DNA of 64,000 nucleotides from the NCBI GenBank assembly GCA_963741955.1, contig CAVUKB010000005.1:96001-160000 (forward strand), written 5' to 3'. The stretch comes from an uncultured Acidobacteriota bacterium. Lineage in GTDB: Bacteria > Acidobacteriota > Thermoanaerobaculia > Gp7-AA8. A program made the position numbers and the translations under genes. This document shows, piece after piece, positions 18,636 to 27,422 of the stretch (its first letter is position 1; the number at the start of each line of letters is the position of its first letter). The notes beneath the pieces were generated by a model. The model saw only the letters and a program-made list of their open reading frames with translations, ran no database searches and was not told the origin of the DNA.

Positions 18636-19210
18636 CGGACCTGATCTCACTTGCAGGGAGCACTCTCGGGCTCGGACTCGGTGCGGGGATCAACGCGTAC
18701 GCAACCTTCCTCGTCTTCGGGTTGATCTCACGCTTCTTTCCGGAGATGTTTCCCGGAGACATGGCTCATTTCTTCTCTTCGACTCCAGTGCTGATCGTGG
18801 TGGGGGTGCTCTACGTCGTGGAGTTCGTCGCAGACAAGATTCCCGCGGTCGATCACGCCTGGGACGTGGTACACACTTTCGTCCGCCCGCTCGCCGGAGC
18901 GGTCATTGCGTTTTCCGCAGCGTCTCCCCATTTTCCGAAGGGAGTCGCGGTCCTGGCCGCTGCGATCGGAGGGAGTGCCGCGCTCACGAGCCACCTGGCC
19001 AAGGCATCGCTGCGGGTCGCCAGCACGTCCACTACGGGCGGGCTCGCGAGCCCGGTGATCTCGCTGCTCGAAGATGGATACGCCGTCGCTCAGTCGCTGC
19101 TCGCCATCTTCGTGCCGTTCGTGTTCCTGATCCTGGCTCTCCTCTTCCTGATTCCGGCCGCGTTCTTCGTTGCGCGGTTCCGGCGTCGCCGTGCTTCCGG
19201 TCCGGCGTGA
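18632..19210 (+). CDS. DUF4126 family membrane protein
   Basis: GINAYA, EFVADKIPAVDHAWD, RPLAGA, SLLED motifs. Confidence 0.85.
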   Translation: MTDLISLAGSTLGLGLGAGINAYATFLVFGLISRFFPEMFPGDMAHFFSSTPVLIVVGVLYVVEFVADKIPAVDHAWDVVHTFVRPLAGAVIAFSAASPHFPKGVAVLAAAIGGSAALTSHLAKASLRVASTSTTGGLASPVISLLEDGYAVAQSLLAIFVPFVFLILALLFLIPAAFFVARFRRRRASGPA

Positions 19211-19650
19211 TGCTCTACCTCGTGGACGGGAGCAACCTTCTGGGAGCACTCCGGCTCGACCGCGAAGCCGACGACGCAAAACGTGAGCTCGTCCGGAGGC
19301 TGGCGTCCTACGCCAGGGCGAAGTCGAGCTCTCTCACCTGCGTCTTCGACGGCGCCGCGCCGTCGGGATTCGCACAGCACCTCGGCAGGGTTCGTATCCG
19401 ATTCGCCGCGCCACGAAGCGCGGACGACGTGCTGGTCGAAGTCGCCGCCGCAGCTGGGAAGCGTCCGTTGACCTTCGTGACTTCGGACAACTCACTGGCG
19501 GCGCGAGTGCGCCGGAGGGGTGTGGAGGTCCGCGGCTCTCTCGAGTTCGGAAGGGGACTGGCGGAGAGTGGGGTGGGGGGAGAAGAGAGTGCCGCCGGGA
19601 GCGACGATTGGGAGGAGTATTTTTCCGATCCCAAAAACAGGAACGTTTGA
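19210..19650 (+). CDS. NYN-domain (YacP-like) PIN-fold ribonuclease
   Basis: LVDGSN, VFDG, SADD, VTSD motifs. Confidence 0.85.
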   Translation: MLYLVDGSNLLGALRLDREADDAKRELVRRLASYARAKSSSLTCVFDGAAPSGFAQHLGRVRIRFAAPRSADDVLVEVAAAAGKRPLTFVTSDNSLAARVRRRGVEVRGSLEFGRGLAESGVGGEESAAGSDDWEEYFSDPKNRNV

Positions 19651-19783
19651 ATGTCGGCCTGCCGACAATTTTAGTAACTATCGAATTCGCAAGGAATTAG
19701 CTGCTCCTATTTTTCGATCGCGTTTTCACTCTTCCGCTCTTTCCAAAGGACCCTCGCCCGGAGGAATCGGTGCGTGGCGGATC

Positions 19784-19792
19784 TGTTATAGT
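19784..19792 (+). promoter_or_regulatory. extended -10 promoter of rnpB
   Basis: TG-t-TATAGT 6-8 nt upstream of the RNase P RNA 5' end. Confidence 0.6.
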
Positions 19793-19798
19793 ACGCGT

Positions 19799-20170
19799 TC
19801 GGAGTGGATTGGAGGATCGCCGTCCCGCTTGCGGGATGGAGGAAAGTCCGAACTCCTACGGGCAGCAGGCTGGATAACGTCCAGGCGTGGCGACGCGACG
19901 GAAAGTGCAACAGAAAAGATACCGCCACAGTTCTTTCGATCTGAGGTAAGGGTGAAATGGTGCGGTAAGAGCGCACCGCGTTCCGTGTGAGCGGGACGGC
20001 AAGGTAAACCCCCTGCGGAGCAAGACCAAATAGGGAGGCAGTGGAACCGCCCGTTTCCGTTGAAAGCCTCCGGGTAGGTTGCTCGATCACCGCGGTAACG
20101 CGAGTGACAGATGAATGATCCTTACTCCTTTTGCGAGGAGCACAGAATTCGGCTTACAGGTCCACTCCGA
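19799..20170 (+). ncRNA. rnpB: RNase P RNA, bacterial type A
   Basis: GAGGAAAGTCCG, GGAAAGTGCAACAGAAA, GGTGAAATGGTGCGGTAAGAGCGCACC, GGTAAACCCC, ACAGAATTCGGCTTA; P1 TCGGAGTGGA/TCCACTCCGA. Confidence 0.97.
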
Positions 20171-21106
20171 CTTCCGCTGAAACGCCCCGCGCCTCTTCCT
20201 CCGAAGGGGCGCGCGGCGGTTCTGGCGATCTCGTCACCGTCCACGGAGGCGAGAATTCTCGAGGCGAAGCGGCATCTCGAATCCAGGGGGCTCGAAGTCG
20301 TTCTCGCGCCGAATCTCTTCGAGCGCGGCCCCAGGAGCTATCTCGCCGGAACGGATGATGAACGCGTTTCGGTGGCGAACCGCTTCCTTCGCGATCCTTC
20401 TTTCGACCTCTACCTCTTCGCCCGCGGCGGGTATGGTGCGATGCGGATCCTCCCGGAGATCGATTTCGAAGCGATCGCCGAAAATCCTCGGCCGATCATC
20501 GGATTCAGCGACCTCACGGCTCTGCATCAGGCGGTAGCGCGGGAGTCGGGGGTCGTCACGTTCCACGGCCCGATGCTGAATCTCGACTTTCACGACCGCC
20601 TCTCCCAGCAGCGCGAGGCGTGGTTCTGGTCGATGCTGCACGGTGAGGCTCCGCTCGAGCATCGCTTCGAGAGCAGCCAGGTCGTGGCGGAGGGGTCAGC
20701 GAGCGCGGTTCTTTTCGGTGGATGTCTCTCGCTCACCGCCGCTCTGATCGGAACTCCGTACGACTTCTGGGTCGATGGCGGGATCTGGTTCTGGGAAGAG
20801 GTCGACGAGCCCGTCTATCGCATCGACCGCATGTTGACCCACCTGAGGCTGTCTGGTAGATTGAGCCGGCTCCGTGGTGTGGTGATCGGCAAGTTGAAAG
20901 ACTGTGGGGAGGCCGACAGCGGCGAGCTCGATTCTCTGATCGCCGAGACCTTCCGGAATCTCGGCATTCCGGTGGTGCGAGACCTTCCGTTCGGACACCA
21001 TGGGGACAATCTCCTCCTTCCGGTCGGCGTTCCCGCTCATCTTGACACGCGCCAACTGACACTTTCGTTCACCGAGCCGGTGGTTGCGCCTCTGGTCGCA
21101 GAGTGA
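20111..21106 (+). CDS. ldcA: LD-carboxypeptidase (peptidase S66); start uncertain
   Basis: ARGGYG, IGFSD (Ser), EEVDE (Glu), FGHH (His) triad motifs; only early in-frame ATG lies inside rnpB; alternatives ATT 20147 or CTG 20177. Confidence 0.9.
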   Translation: MNDPYSFCEEHRIRLTGPLRLPLKRPAPLPPKGRAAVLAISSPSTEARILEAKRHLESRGLEVVLAPNLFERGPRSYLAGTDDERVSVANRFLRDPSFDLYLFARGGYGAMRILPEIDFEAIAENPRPIIGFSDLTALHQAVARESGVVTFHGPMLNLDFHDRLSQQREAWFWSMLHGEAPLEHRFESSQVVAEGSASAVLFGGCLSLTAALIGTPYDFWVDGGIWFWEEVDEPVYRIDRMLTHLRLSGRLSRLRGVVIGKLKDCGEADSGELDSLIAETFRNLGIPVVRDLPFGHHGDNLLLPVGVPAHLDTRQLTLSFTEPVVAPLVAE

Positions 21107-21112
21107 GGCGAT

Positions 21113-21895
21113 ATGAAAGCAGTATTCAAGACTGGAGGAAAAGAGCCGGTGAAAGACGTCGCGATCTCGTACCAGGCCGGCGAGGTCATTTTCACCGAGG
21201 GCGATCTCGGGACGGAGATGTTCATCATCCAGGAGGGTGAGGTCCAGATCGTCAAACGCATCGGGAACACTTCCCATGTCCTCTCGCAGCTCGAAAAGGG
21301 CGATTTTTTCGGCGAGATGGCGGTCCTCGAGAACGCGCCGCGGAGCGCGGATGCCGTGGCAACCAGCGACGTGAAGCTGATCGCCATCAACGGTTCGCGA
21401 TTCGACGAGATGCTCCGGCGCAATCCGGAGATCGCGGTCCGGATCATGCGAAAATACTCCAAGCGTCTCCGCGAGGCGAACCGCCTCCTCGAGAGTCTCG
21501 CCGGGCGTAAAGTCGATCTCGAAGCGATCGCCGAGGCCCCCTCGGATGCTCCTCCCGCCCCCCGCATGCGCCGTCATCGTCTCGTCGACCTCTCGACGGG
21601 GACTGCGTTCTACTTCCGCGAGGATACCGATACCTCCGTCGGCCGGGCCGATCCGGTCACCGGCATCCATCCCGACATCGACCTCACCGCCGTCGACACC
21701 CAGCGCTCCGTCTCTCGCCGCCACGCGAAAGTCCTCAAGGAAGGCGACACGTTCTCGATCATCGAGGAAGTCGGAACCGTCAACGGGACTTACGTCAACG
21801 AGCAGAGGATTCCCACCGGAATCCCGGTCCCGATCCAGAATGGCGACCGCGTGAAGATCGGGCTGATCGAGATGAAGGTCATCTTCGAAGCGTAA
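21113..21895 (+). CDS. cyclic-nucleotide-binding domain fused to FHA domain
   Basis: FFGEMAVLENAPRSADA (cNMP cassette); VGR...VSRRHA...NGTYVN (FHA). Confidence 0.88.
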   Translation: MKAVFKTGGKEPVKDVAISYQAGEVIFTEGDLGTEMFIIQEGEVQIVKRIGNTSHVLSQLEKGDFFGEMAVLENAPRSADAVATSDVKLIAINGSRFDEMLRRNPEIAVRIMRKYSKRLREANRLLESLAGRKVDLEAIAEAPSDAPPAPRMRRHRLVDLSTGTAFYFREDTDTSVGRADPVTGIHPDIDLTAVDTQRSVSRRHAKVLKEGDTFSIIEEVGTVNGTYVNEQRIPTGIPVPIQNGDRVKIGLIEMKVIFEA

Positions 21896-21897
21896 TC

Positions 21898-21963
21898 CCG
21901 AACGAATTTGACCTCGCTGCTTCGCTTTCTCGCTACGGAAGTTTCTATCGCGCAGACTCCCAG
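21898..21963. repeat. right half of the palindromic MITE family
   Basis: 21898-21960 is 57/63 identical to 1182-1244; its last 20 nt are the perfect reverse complement of 1084-1103. Confidence 0.8.
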
Positions 21964-22054
21964 AGCGCCGTCACTTCGTGAGACCGCATTCGGTTCGTGA
22001 TGCGGGAGTTTTTCGACGCTTGGCATTTCGCGCACACCGAGGGAGAATCGAGGC

Positions 22055-24154
22055 GTGGCGCGACCGAGTCCGAAAACCGAATGGCAGCCTGACCCCGACA
22101 AACCGGTGCAGTATCTGCGCGGCGTCGGCCAGTCACGTGCGGCACTGTTCGAGACCGCGGGGATCCGCACCGCGCGAGACCTGGTCTATCTGTTCCCTCG
22201 TCGGTACGAGGACCGCCGGAATCAGGTCACCGTGGCCGAGCTCGGGACAGTCGACTCTCCTGTGGCGATCCGCGGACGGATCCTCTCGTGCGGAACGAAG
22301 CTCTCGCCGATCAAACGGCTCGAGATTTTCGAAGCGATTCTCGACGACGGAAGCGGAACCATCACGCTGGTCTGGTTCAATCAACCGTACCGTGCGAAAC
22401 AGATCGCACGCCATACTCAGCTCGCCGTCTTCGGACAGCCTCGGGTGAACAACCGCGGGCGGCTTCAGATCGAGAACCCCGACGTCGAGGTCCTTCCTCC
22501 GGATGGCGAGTCGGATTACGACGGCGCAGTGGTCCCGATCTACCCGGCCATTTCCATGATCCCGGGGAAGAGTGTTCGCGGGATCGTACGACAGGCGCTC
22601 GAAACGGTTGGCGCGATCGAAGATCCGCTTCCCGCCTCTCTCCGGAAGGAGCTCGGCGTGATCGGTCTCCATCGAGCGCTGGTGCAGATGCACCAGCCGG
22701 ACGATCTGACGCCGACGTTTCTCGCCGGCGAATCCGCGGCCCACCGGCGTCTGATCCTCGAGGAGTTCTTCAGGTTTCAGCTCGCGCTCAGAATCCGTCG
22801 CGCGGCGGAAGAGCGACAGACGAAGGAGCGGACCGTCCGCATCGACGACGCGGTCCGCGAACGGGTGCGGAAGGTTCTGCCGTTCCGGCTCACCGGAGCG
22901 CAGAAGCGCGTTCTGAAGGAGATCGCGGCCGACATGACGTCCGACCGTCCGATGTACCGGCTGTTGCAGGGCGACGTCGGGAGCGGAAAGACGATCGTCG
23001 CATTGATCGCGGCGATCCTCGCGATCGAGAACGGGCATCAGGCGGCTTTGCTCGCGCCGACGGAGATCCTCGCCGAACAGCACTACCAGCGGATCTCGCA
23101 GCTGCTCGAGTCCTCGGGGATTCGAGTCGCAAAGCTCTCCGGTGCGACGCCTGCGGCCGCTCGACGGGACCTCCTCGGACGGCTCGCGGCCGGAAGGATC
23201 GACATTCTGGTGGGGACGCACGCGATCCTCGAGCCTGCGGTGAGGTTCCACTCGCTCGGACTGGCCATCGTCGACGAACAGCACCGCTTCGGTGTGGTAC
23301 AGCGCCAGAAGCTGTTCCTGAAAGGGAATCTCCCCGATATCCTCGTGATGACCGCGACGCCCATTCCGCGTTCGCTCGCCATCGCCCTCTATGGTGATCT
23401 GGAGCTCTCGGTGATCGACGAGCTGCCTCCCGGACGCCTCCCGGTCAGGACCGTCGTGAGGGGCTCCGCACGCTTTTCGAAGGTCCTCGAGTTCGTCGCG
23501 AAAGAAGTCGCGTCGGGCGCTCAGGCGTACGTGGTCTATCCGATCATCGACGAATCCGAGGTTCTCGATCTGAAGCCGCTCACGGCCGGGTACGAGGAGA
23601 TTCGGGAGGCGCTTCCGAATTGCCGGGTCGCGATGCTCCACGGTCGGATGAGCGCGGAGGAGAAGGAAGCGGTGATGGAGCGCTTCAAGGAACGAGAGGT
23701 GGACATCCTCGTTTCGACCACGGTGATCGAGGTCGGGATCGATGTTCCGGCCGCCTCGACCATGGTCGTGGTTGGCGCCGACCGCTTCGGATTCTCGCAG
23801 CTCCATCAGCTGAGGGGGAGGATCGGGCGCGGATCGCGAAGATCGTACTGCGTCCTGATCCGCGACGAGAAAGCCTCCGAGGAGGCGAAGCAGCGTCTCC
23901 GATCGTTCGAGTCGACGCGCGACGGATTCGAAGTGGCCGAGCGTGACCTCGCCGCTCGCGGCGCTGGCGACTTCTTCGGCACCCGGCAGTCGGGTGTCCC
24001 GCGATTCCGGTATGGAGATCTGCTGCGGCATCACCGTCTGATGGAGAAGGCCCGCGACGTCGCGATCAGCATCATCCGTCGCGAAGGTCTCGCCGGGGCC
24101 GAGCGGTTGGTGAAGACCCTGATGCCGGAGTGGAGCCTGATCGAAAAGGACTGA
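22055..24154 (+). CDS. recG: ATP-dependent DNA helicase RecG
   Basis: LQGDVGSGKT, DEQHRFGV, TATPIPR, QLRGRIGRG, TRG motif. Confidence 0.98.
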   Translation: MARPSPKTEWQPDPDKPVQYLRGVGQSRAALFETAGIRTARDLVYLFPRRYEDRRNQVTVAELGTVDSPVAIRGRILSCGTKLSPIKRLEIFEAILDDGSGTITLVWFNQPYRAKQIARHTQLAVFGQPRVNNRGRLQIENPDVEVLPPDGESDYDGAVVPIYPAISMIPGKSVRGIVRQALETVGAIEDPLPASLRKELGVIGLHRALVQMHQPDDLTPTFLAGESAAHRRLILEEFFRFQLALRIRRAAEERQTKERTVRIDDAVRERVRKVLPFRLTGAQKRVLKEIAADMTSDRPMYRLLQGDVGSGKTIVALIAAILAIENGHQAALLAPTEILAEQHYQRISQLLESSGIRVAKLSGATPAAARRDLLGRLAAGRIDILVGTHAILEPAVRFHSLGLAIVDEQHRFGVVQRQKLFLKGNLPDILVMTATPIPRSLAIALYGDLELSVIDELPPGRLPVRTVVRGSARFSKVLEFVAKEVASGAQAYVVYPIIDESEVLDLKPLTAGYEEIREALPNCRVAMLHGRMSAEEKEAVMERFKEREVDILVSTTVIEVGIDVPAASTMVVVGADRFGFSQLHQLRGRIGRGSRRSYCVLIRDEKASEEAKQRLRSFESTRDGFEVAERDLAARGAGDFFGTRQSGVPRFRYGDLLRHHRLMEKARDVAISIIRREGLAGAERLVKTLMPEWSLIEKD

Positions 24155-24161
24155 GACTGTC

Positions 24162-24189
24162 TAACCCCTGTAGTCATCTTTGAGAGTTA
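24162..24189. promoter_or_regulatory. possible fourth TAAC-N20-GTTA operator
   Basis: cTAACC-N18-AGTTAg in the recG-trpS spacer, same spacing as the 14743-14846 sites. Confidence 0.35.
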
Positions 24190-24455
24190 GTCACTGAAAG
24201 GTGGTTCGGAATCGAAACGTGATGATCTCGAGCCGAACGGGTGGAGGATACGGAGCGGATGCGGAACCTCCGTCGTTCATAGGAGTGAGCTCATGAATCC
24301 CTTCCTCAGGCTTTCACCTCGATTCGGGGACTGTTAAACTGCGCGCTCCATTCCCGCTGGCCGGAGCGGACGCCGCCTCCGGAGTCGTCGGGGGGCGGAG
24401 CCGGGCGGCAGCCGGCGAGCGTGCCGGCACAGCGAACGATTCGATCGGGGAGACA

Positions 24456-25469
24456 TTGAGCGACAAGGGAATCGTACTCAGCGGCCTCAGGCCGACGGGC
24501 AGAATCCATCTCGGAAACTACTTCGGTGCGGTCAGGAACTGGGTCGGACTCCAGGACGACTACCGCTGCTTCTACTTCGTAGCCGACTGGCACGCGCTGA
24601 CCACCGACTACGCAGATCCGTCGAAGATCCATCAGGCGACGTTCGACGCGGTGGCCGACTGGCTCGCGGCCGGACTCGACCCGGAGAAATGCACCATCTT
24701 CCTTCAGTCCGAGGTCAAGGAGCACGCGGAGCTTCACCTCCTCCTTTCGATGGTCACTCCCTTGCCGTGGCTCGAGCGCGTTCCGACGTACAAAGAGCAG
24801 CAGCAGCAGCTCGCCGAGCGGGAGCTGAACACGTACGGATTTCTCGGCTATCCGCTTCTGCAGACCGCTGACATCGTGGTCTACCGCGCGGACCGCGTAC
24901 CGGTCGGGGAAGATCAGGCCGCACATCTCGAGATCTCTCGGGAGATCGTGCGGCGGTTCAACAACTTCTTCGGACCGGTGTTTCCGGAGCCGCAGGCACT
25001 CTTCACCGAGACGCCGAAGGTTCCCGGTCTGGACGGGCGGAAGATGTCGAAGAGCTACGGCAACACCATCGGTCTCACTTCCTCGCCCGACGAGATCCGG
25101 TCGCTGGTCTCGACCATGTTCACCGATCCGAACCGGGTCCGGCGCAGCGATCCCGGGAATCCCGACATCTGCAATCTGTTCCAGTTTCACCGGATCTTCT
25201 CGGATGCGGAGACCATCGCGCGGGTGGATCGCGAGTGCCGCGCGGCCGAGATCGGGTGCGTCCAGGACAAGAAGCTCCTGGCGTCGATCATGATCGACGC
25301 GCTCGCTCCGATCCGGGAGCGGCGTGAGAGAATCGATCGCGATCCGTCGATCGTCTGGGACGCCCTGCGCGAAGGGAATAAGGTGGCGCGAGAGCGTGCG
25401 GCAGAAACGCTGGAGATCGTCCGCCAGGCGATGAAACTGAACTATCCTGAGCTCGAAGCGAGATCATGA
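24456..25469 (+). CDS. trpS: tryptophan--tRNA ligase
   Basis: RPTGRIHLGN, YPLLQTADI, VPVGEDQ, KMSKS. Confidence 0.98.
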   Translation: MSDKGIVLSGLRPTGRIHLGNYFGAVRNWVGLQDDYRCFYFVADWHALTTDYADPSKIHQATFDAVADWLAAGLDPEKCTIFLQSEVKEHAELHLLLSMVTPLPWLERVPTYKEQQQQLAERELNTYGFLGYPLLQTADIVVYRADRVPVGEDQAAHLEISREIVRRFNNFFGPVFPEPQALFTETPKVPGLDGRKMSKSYGNTIGLTSSPDEIRSLVSTMFTDPNRVRRSDPGNPDICNLFQFHRIFSDAETIARVDRECRAAEIGCVQDKKLLASIMIDALAPIRERRERIDRDPSIVWDALREGNKVARERAAETLEIVRQAMKLNYPELEARS

Positions 25470-26299
25470 CCACCGAAGACTCCCCGAACCCGGAAGAGCT
25501 GGAGCCTCTGAATGCCGTCGCGGAACCGATGGACGGCGAAGAGGATGAAGATCAGCCTTCGTACAGCGTCACTCTTCCGGCCTTCGAGGGTCCGCTCGAT
25601 CTGCTGCTGCATCTCATCAAGCAGCATAAGGTCGACATCTACGACATCCCGATCATGCTCATCACCGAGCAGTACAACGCATACCTCGACACGATGCAGG
25701 AGCTCGATCTCGACATCGCCGCGGAGTACATCTACATGGCGGCGCTGCTGATCCACATCAAGTCGAAGATGCTCCTGCCACGGAACGAGGACGAAGCCGA
25801 ATCGGAGGATCCACGAGCGGAGCTGGTGGACCGGCTGCTCGAGTACCAGCGGTTCAAGGCCGTGGCCGAGTCCTTCGCCGAGATCGACGTCGTCAGGATG
25901 GGCGTCTGGACGCATCCACCGGAGAAGATCACTCCCGACGCGACCGAGATCGACATCAGCGAAGTCTCTCTATTCGACCTCCTCGACGCGTTCCGCACCG
26001 CACTGCAGCGATACAAGAAAGACCACCCCAATCCGATCGAGCTGAAACGTTCGACGCACAAGGTCTCCGACAAGATGCGCGAGCTGGTGGTCGAGCTCGG
26101 CCGCCGCTCGCCGATGCGACTCCAGTGGTATCTCGAGGGGCGAGATCGGGGCGAGCTCGTCGCCATCTTCCTCGGCGTGCTCGAGCTGGTGCGACTGGGG
26201 GGAATCTCTCTCCGCCAGCACGACGTCTTCGGAGAGATCGTGATTCACCGTACCGAAAAGGAGATCGACGAGGCGCAGTTTGCGCTGTACGACCACTGA
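25466..26299 (+). CDS. scpA: segregation/condensation protein A (kleisin)
   Basis: FEGPLDLLLHLI, IKSKMLLP, FLGVLEL. Confidence 0.96.
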   Translation: MTTEDSPNPEELEPLNAVAEPMDGEEDEDQPSYSVTLPAFEGPLDLLLHLIKQHKVDIYDIPIMLITEQYNAYLDTMQELDLDIAAEYIYMAALLIHIKSKMLLPRNEDEAESEDPRAELVDRLLEYQRFKAVAESFAEIDVVRMGVWTHPPEKITPDATEIDISEVSLFDLLDAFRTALQRYKKDHPNPIELKRSTHKVSDKMRELVVELGRRSPMRLQWYLEGRDRGELVAIFLGVLELVRLGGISLRQHDVFGEIVIHRTEKEIDEAQFALYDH

Positions 26300-26303
26300 C
26301 ACG

Positions 26304-27422
26304 ATGAGCATGTCCGAAAAAGAACTCCGTTCCGCGCTCGAGGCGATTCTCTTCGCTGCCGGCGAGCCGGTCTCTCTCGACTCACTGGTCGAAGCCATTG
26401 CCGATGCTCCGCCGAACGAGGTCGCCTCGCAGCTGGACGCGATCGGAACGTTCTTCGACGAGCACGAGCTCGGATTCCGCCTGGAGCGAACCGCCGGAGG
26501 ATGGCGGTTCGCGACCCGCGCCCAGCTCGATCCCTATCTGAAGAAGTTCTTCTCCAAACAGGGCGAGCACCGCCTCTCGGTCGCCGCACTCGAAACGCTG
26601 GCGATCGTCGCGTACCGGCAGCCGATCACCGCGCCGGAGATCTCCGAGCTGCGCGGCGTGAACTCGTCCGGCGTCATCCGGACGCTCCTCGAACGGAAGC
26701 TGGTTCGGATCGCGGGTCGGAAGAACGTGGTCGGAAGTCCGTTTCTCTACCGCACCACCCGCGAGTTCCTGATCCACTTCGGACTCGATTCGATTCAGGA
26801 CCTTCCCCGGCTCGAGGAGTTCGCGGAGATCATCGGAGAGAATCTGACCGAAGAGCTGCTCGGCGGAACAGAAGACTTCATCCCGACGCCGGAGGGCGAG
26901 CTCGGGGCCGGATCGGATGCCGAGAGCCCGGACGAACCGGGATCCGACGCCGGAACCGAAAGCGAATCAGAACTCGAGTCCGGCGAGGCCGATCTGCAGT
27001 TGCGCGAGCAATCTGAATCCCCGGCTCCGGGGGAACCGGCCGAAGAAACAGTCATTCCTCCTCATGAAGGGGAGGCGCCGGTCACACCAGAGGCAGTCGC
27101 CGAAGAAGCAGAAGAAGTCGAGATGGCCGGGATTTCTCGCGGTGAAGGCGCTGCTGACGAAACCGCCGCTCCTTCCGAGATCCCGGAGAGCGAACTTGCG
27201 GAGGCGATGAAACAGCCACCGCAAGAGACCGTTCTCGACGAAGCTCCGATCGCCGGCGATCCGCTCCTCGAGAGTCAACCGCAGGAAGTGGATGCCGACG
27301 ACGAATCGCGTGTCGAGACGCAAACCAGCGGCGAACACCTCGCGCCGGAGACTGGATCCGCAGAGGACCATGCGGAAGAGGGCGCGGAGGAAGTAGAATT
27401 CCGCAGAGCGAGCGACGACTAA
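26304..27422 (+). CDS. scpB: SMC-Scp complex subunit ScpB with long acidic C-terminal extension
   Basis: LEAILFA, ETLAIVAYRQPIT, RGVNS, TTREFLIHFGL; Glu-rich tail. Confidence 0.95.
   Translation: MSMSEKELRSALEAILFAAGEPVSLDSLVEAIADAPPNEVASQLDAIGTFFDEHELGFRLERTAGGWRFATRAQLDPYLKKFFSKQGEHRLSVAALETLAIVAYRQPITAPEISELRGVNSSGVIRTLLERKLVRIAGRKNVVGSPFLYRTTREFLIHFGLDSIQDLPRLEEFAEIIGENLTEELLGGTEDFIPTPEGELGAGSDAESPDEPGSDAGTESESELESGEADLQLREQSESPAPGEPAEETVIPPHEGEAPVTPEAVAEEAEEVEMAGISRGEGAADETAAPSEIPESELAEAMKQPPQETVLDEAPIAGDPLLESQPQEVDADDESRVETQTSGEHLAPETGSAEDHAEEGAEEVEFRRASDD

Noticed and set aside
19675-19700. TAA-N19-TTA AT-rich segment upstream of rnpB
   Set aside because: Spacing differs from the CGNR-type sites and IHF match is partial; single weak occurrence.
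22133-24034. Long antisense ORFs (633 aa opposite recG; similar ones opposite uvrB, rpsA, rpoN, ptsI, miaB)
   Set aside because: Shadow frames expected from high-GC codon bias; no domain motifs.
24196-24250. T-box or Trp attenuator before trpS
   Set aside because: GGTGG occurrences lack the full T-box context; no Trp-codon leader peptide; no terminator.
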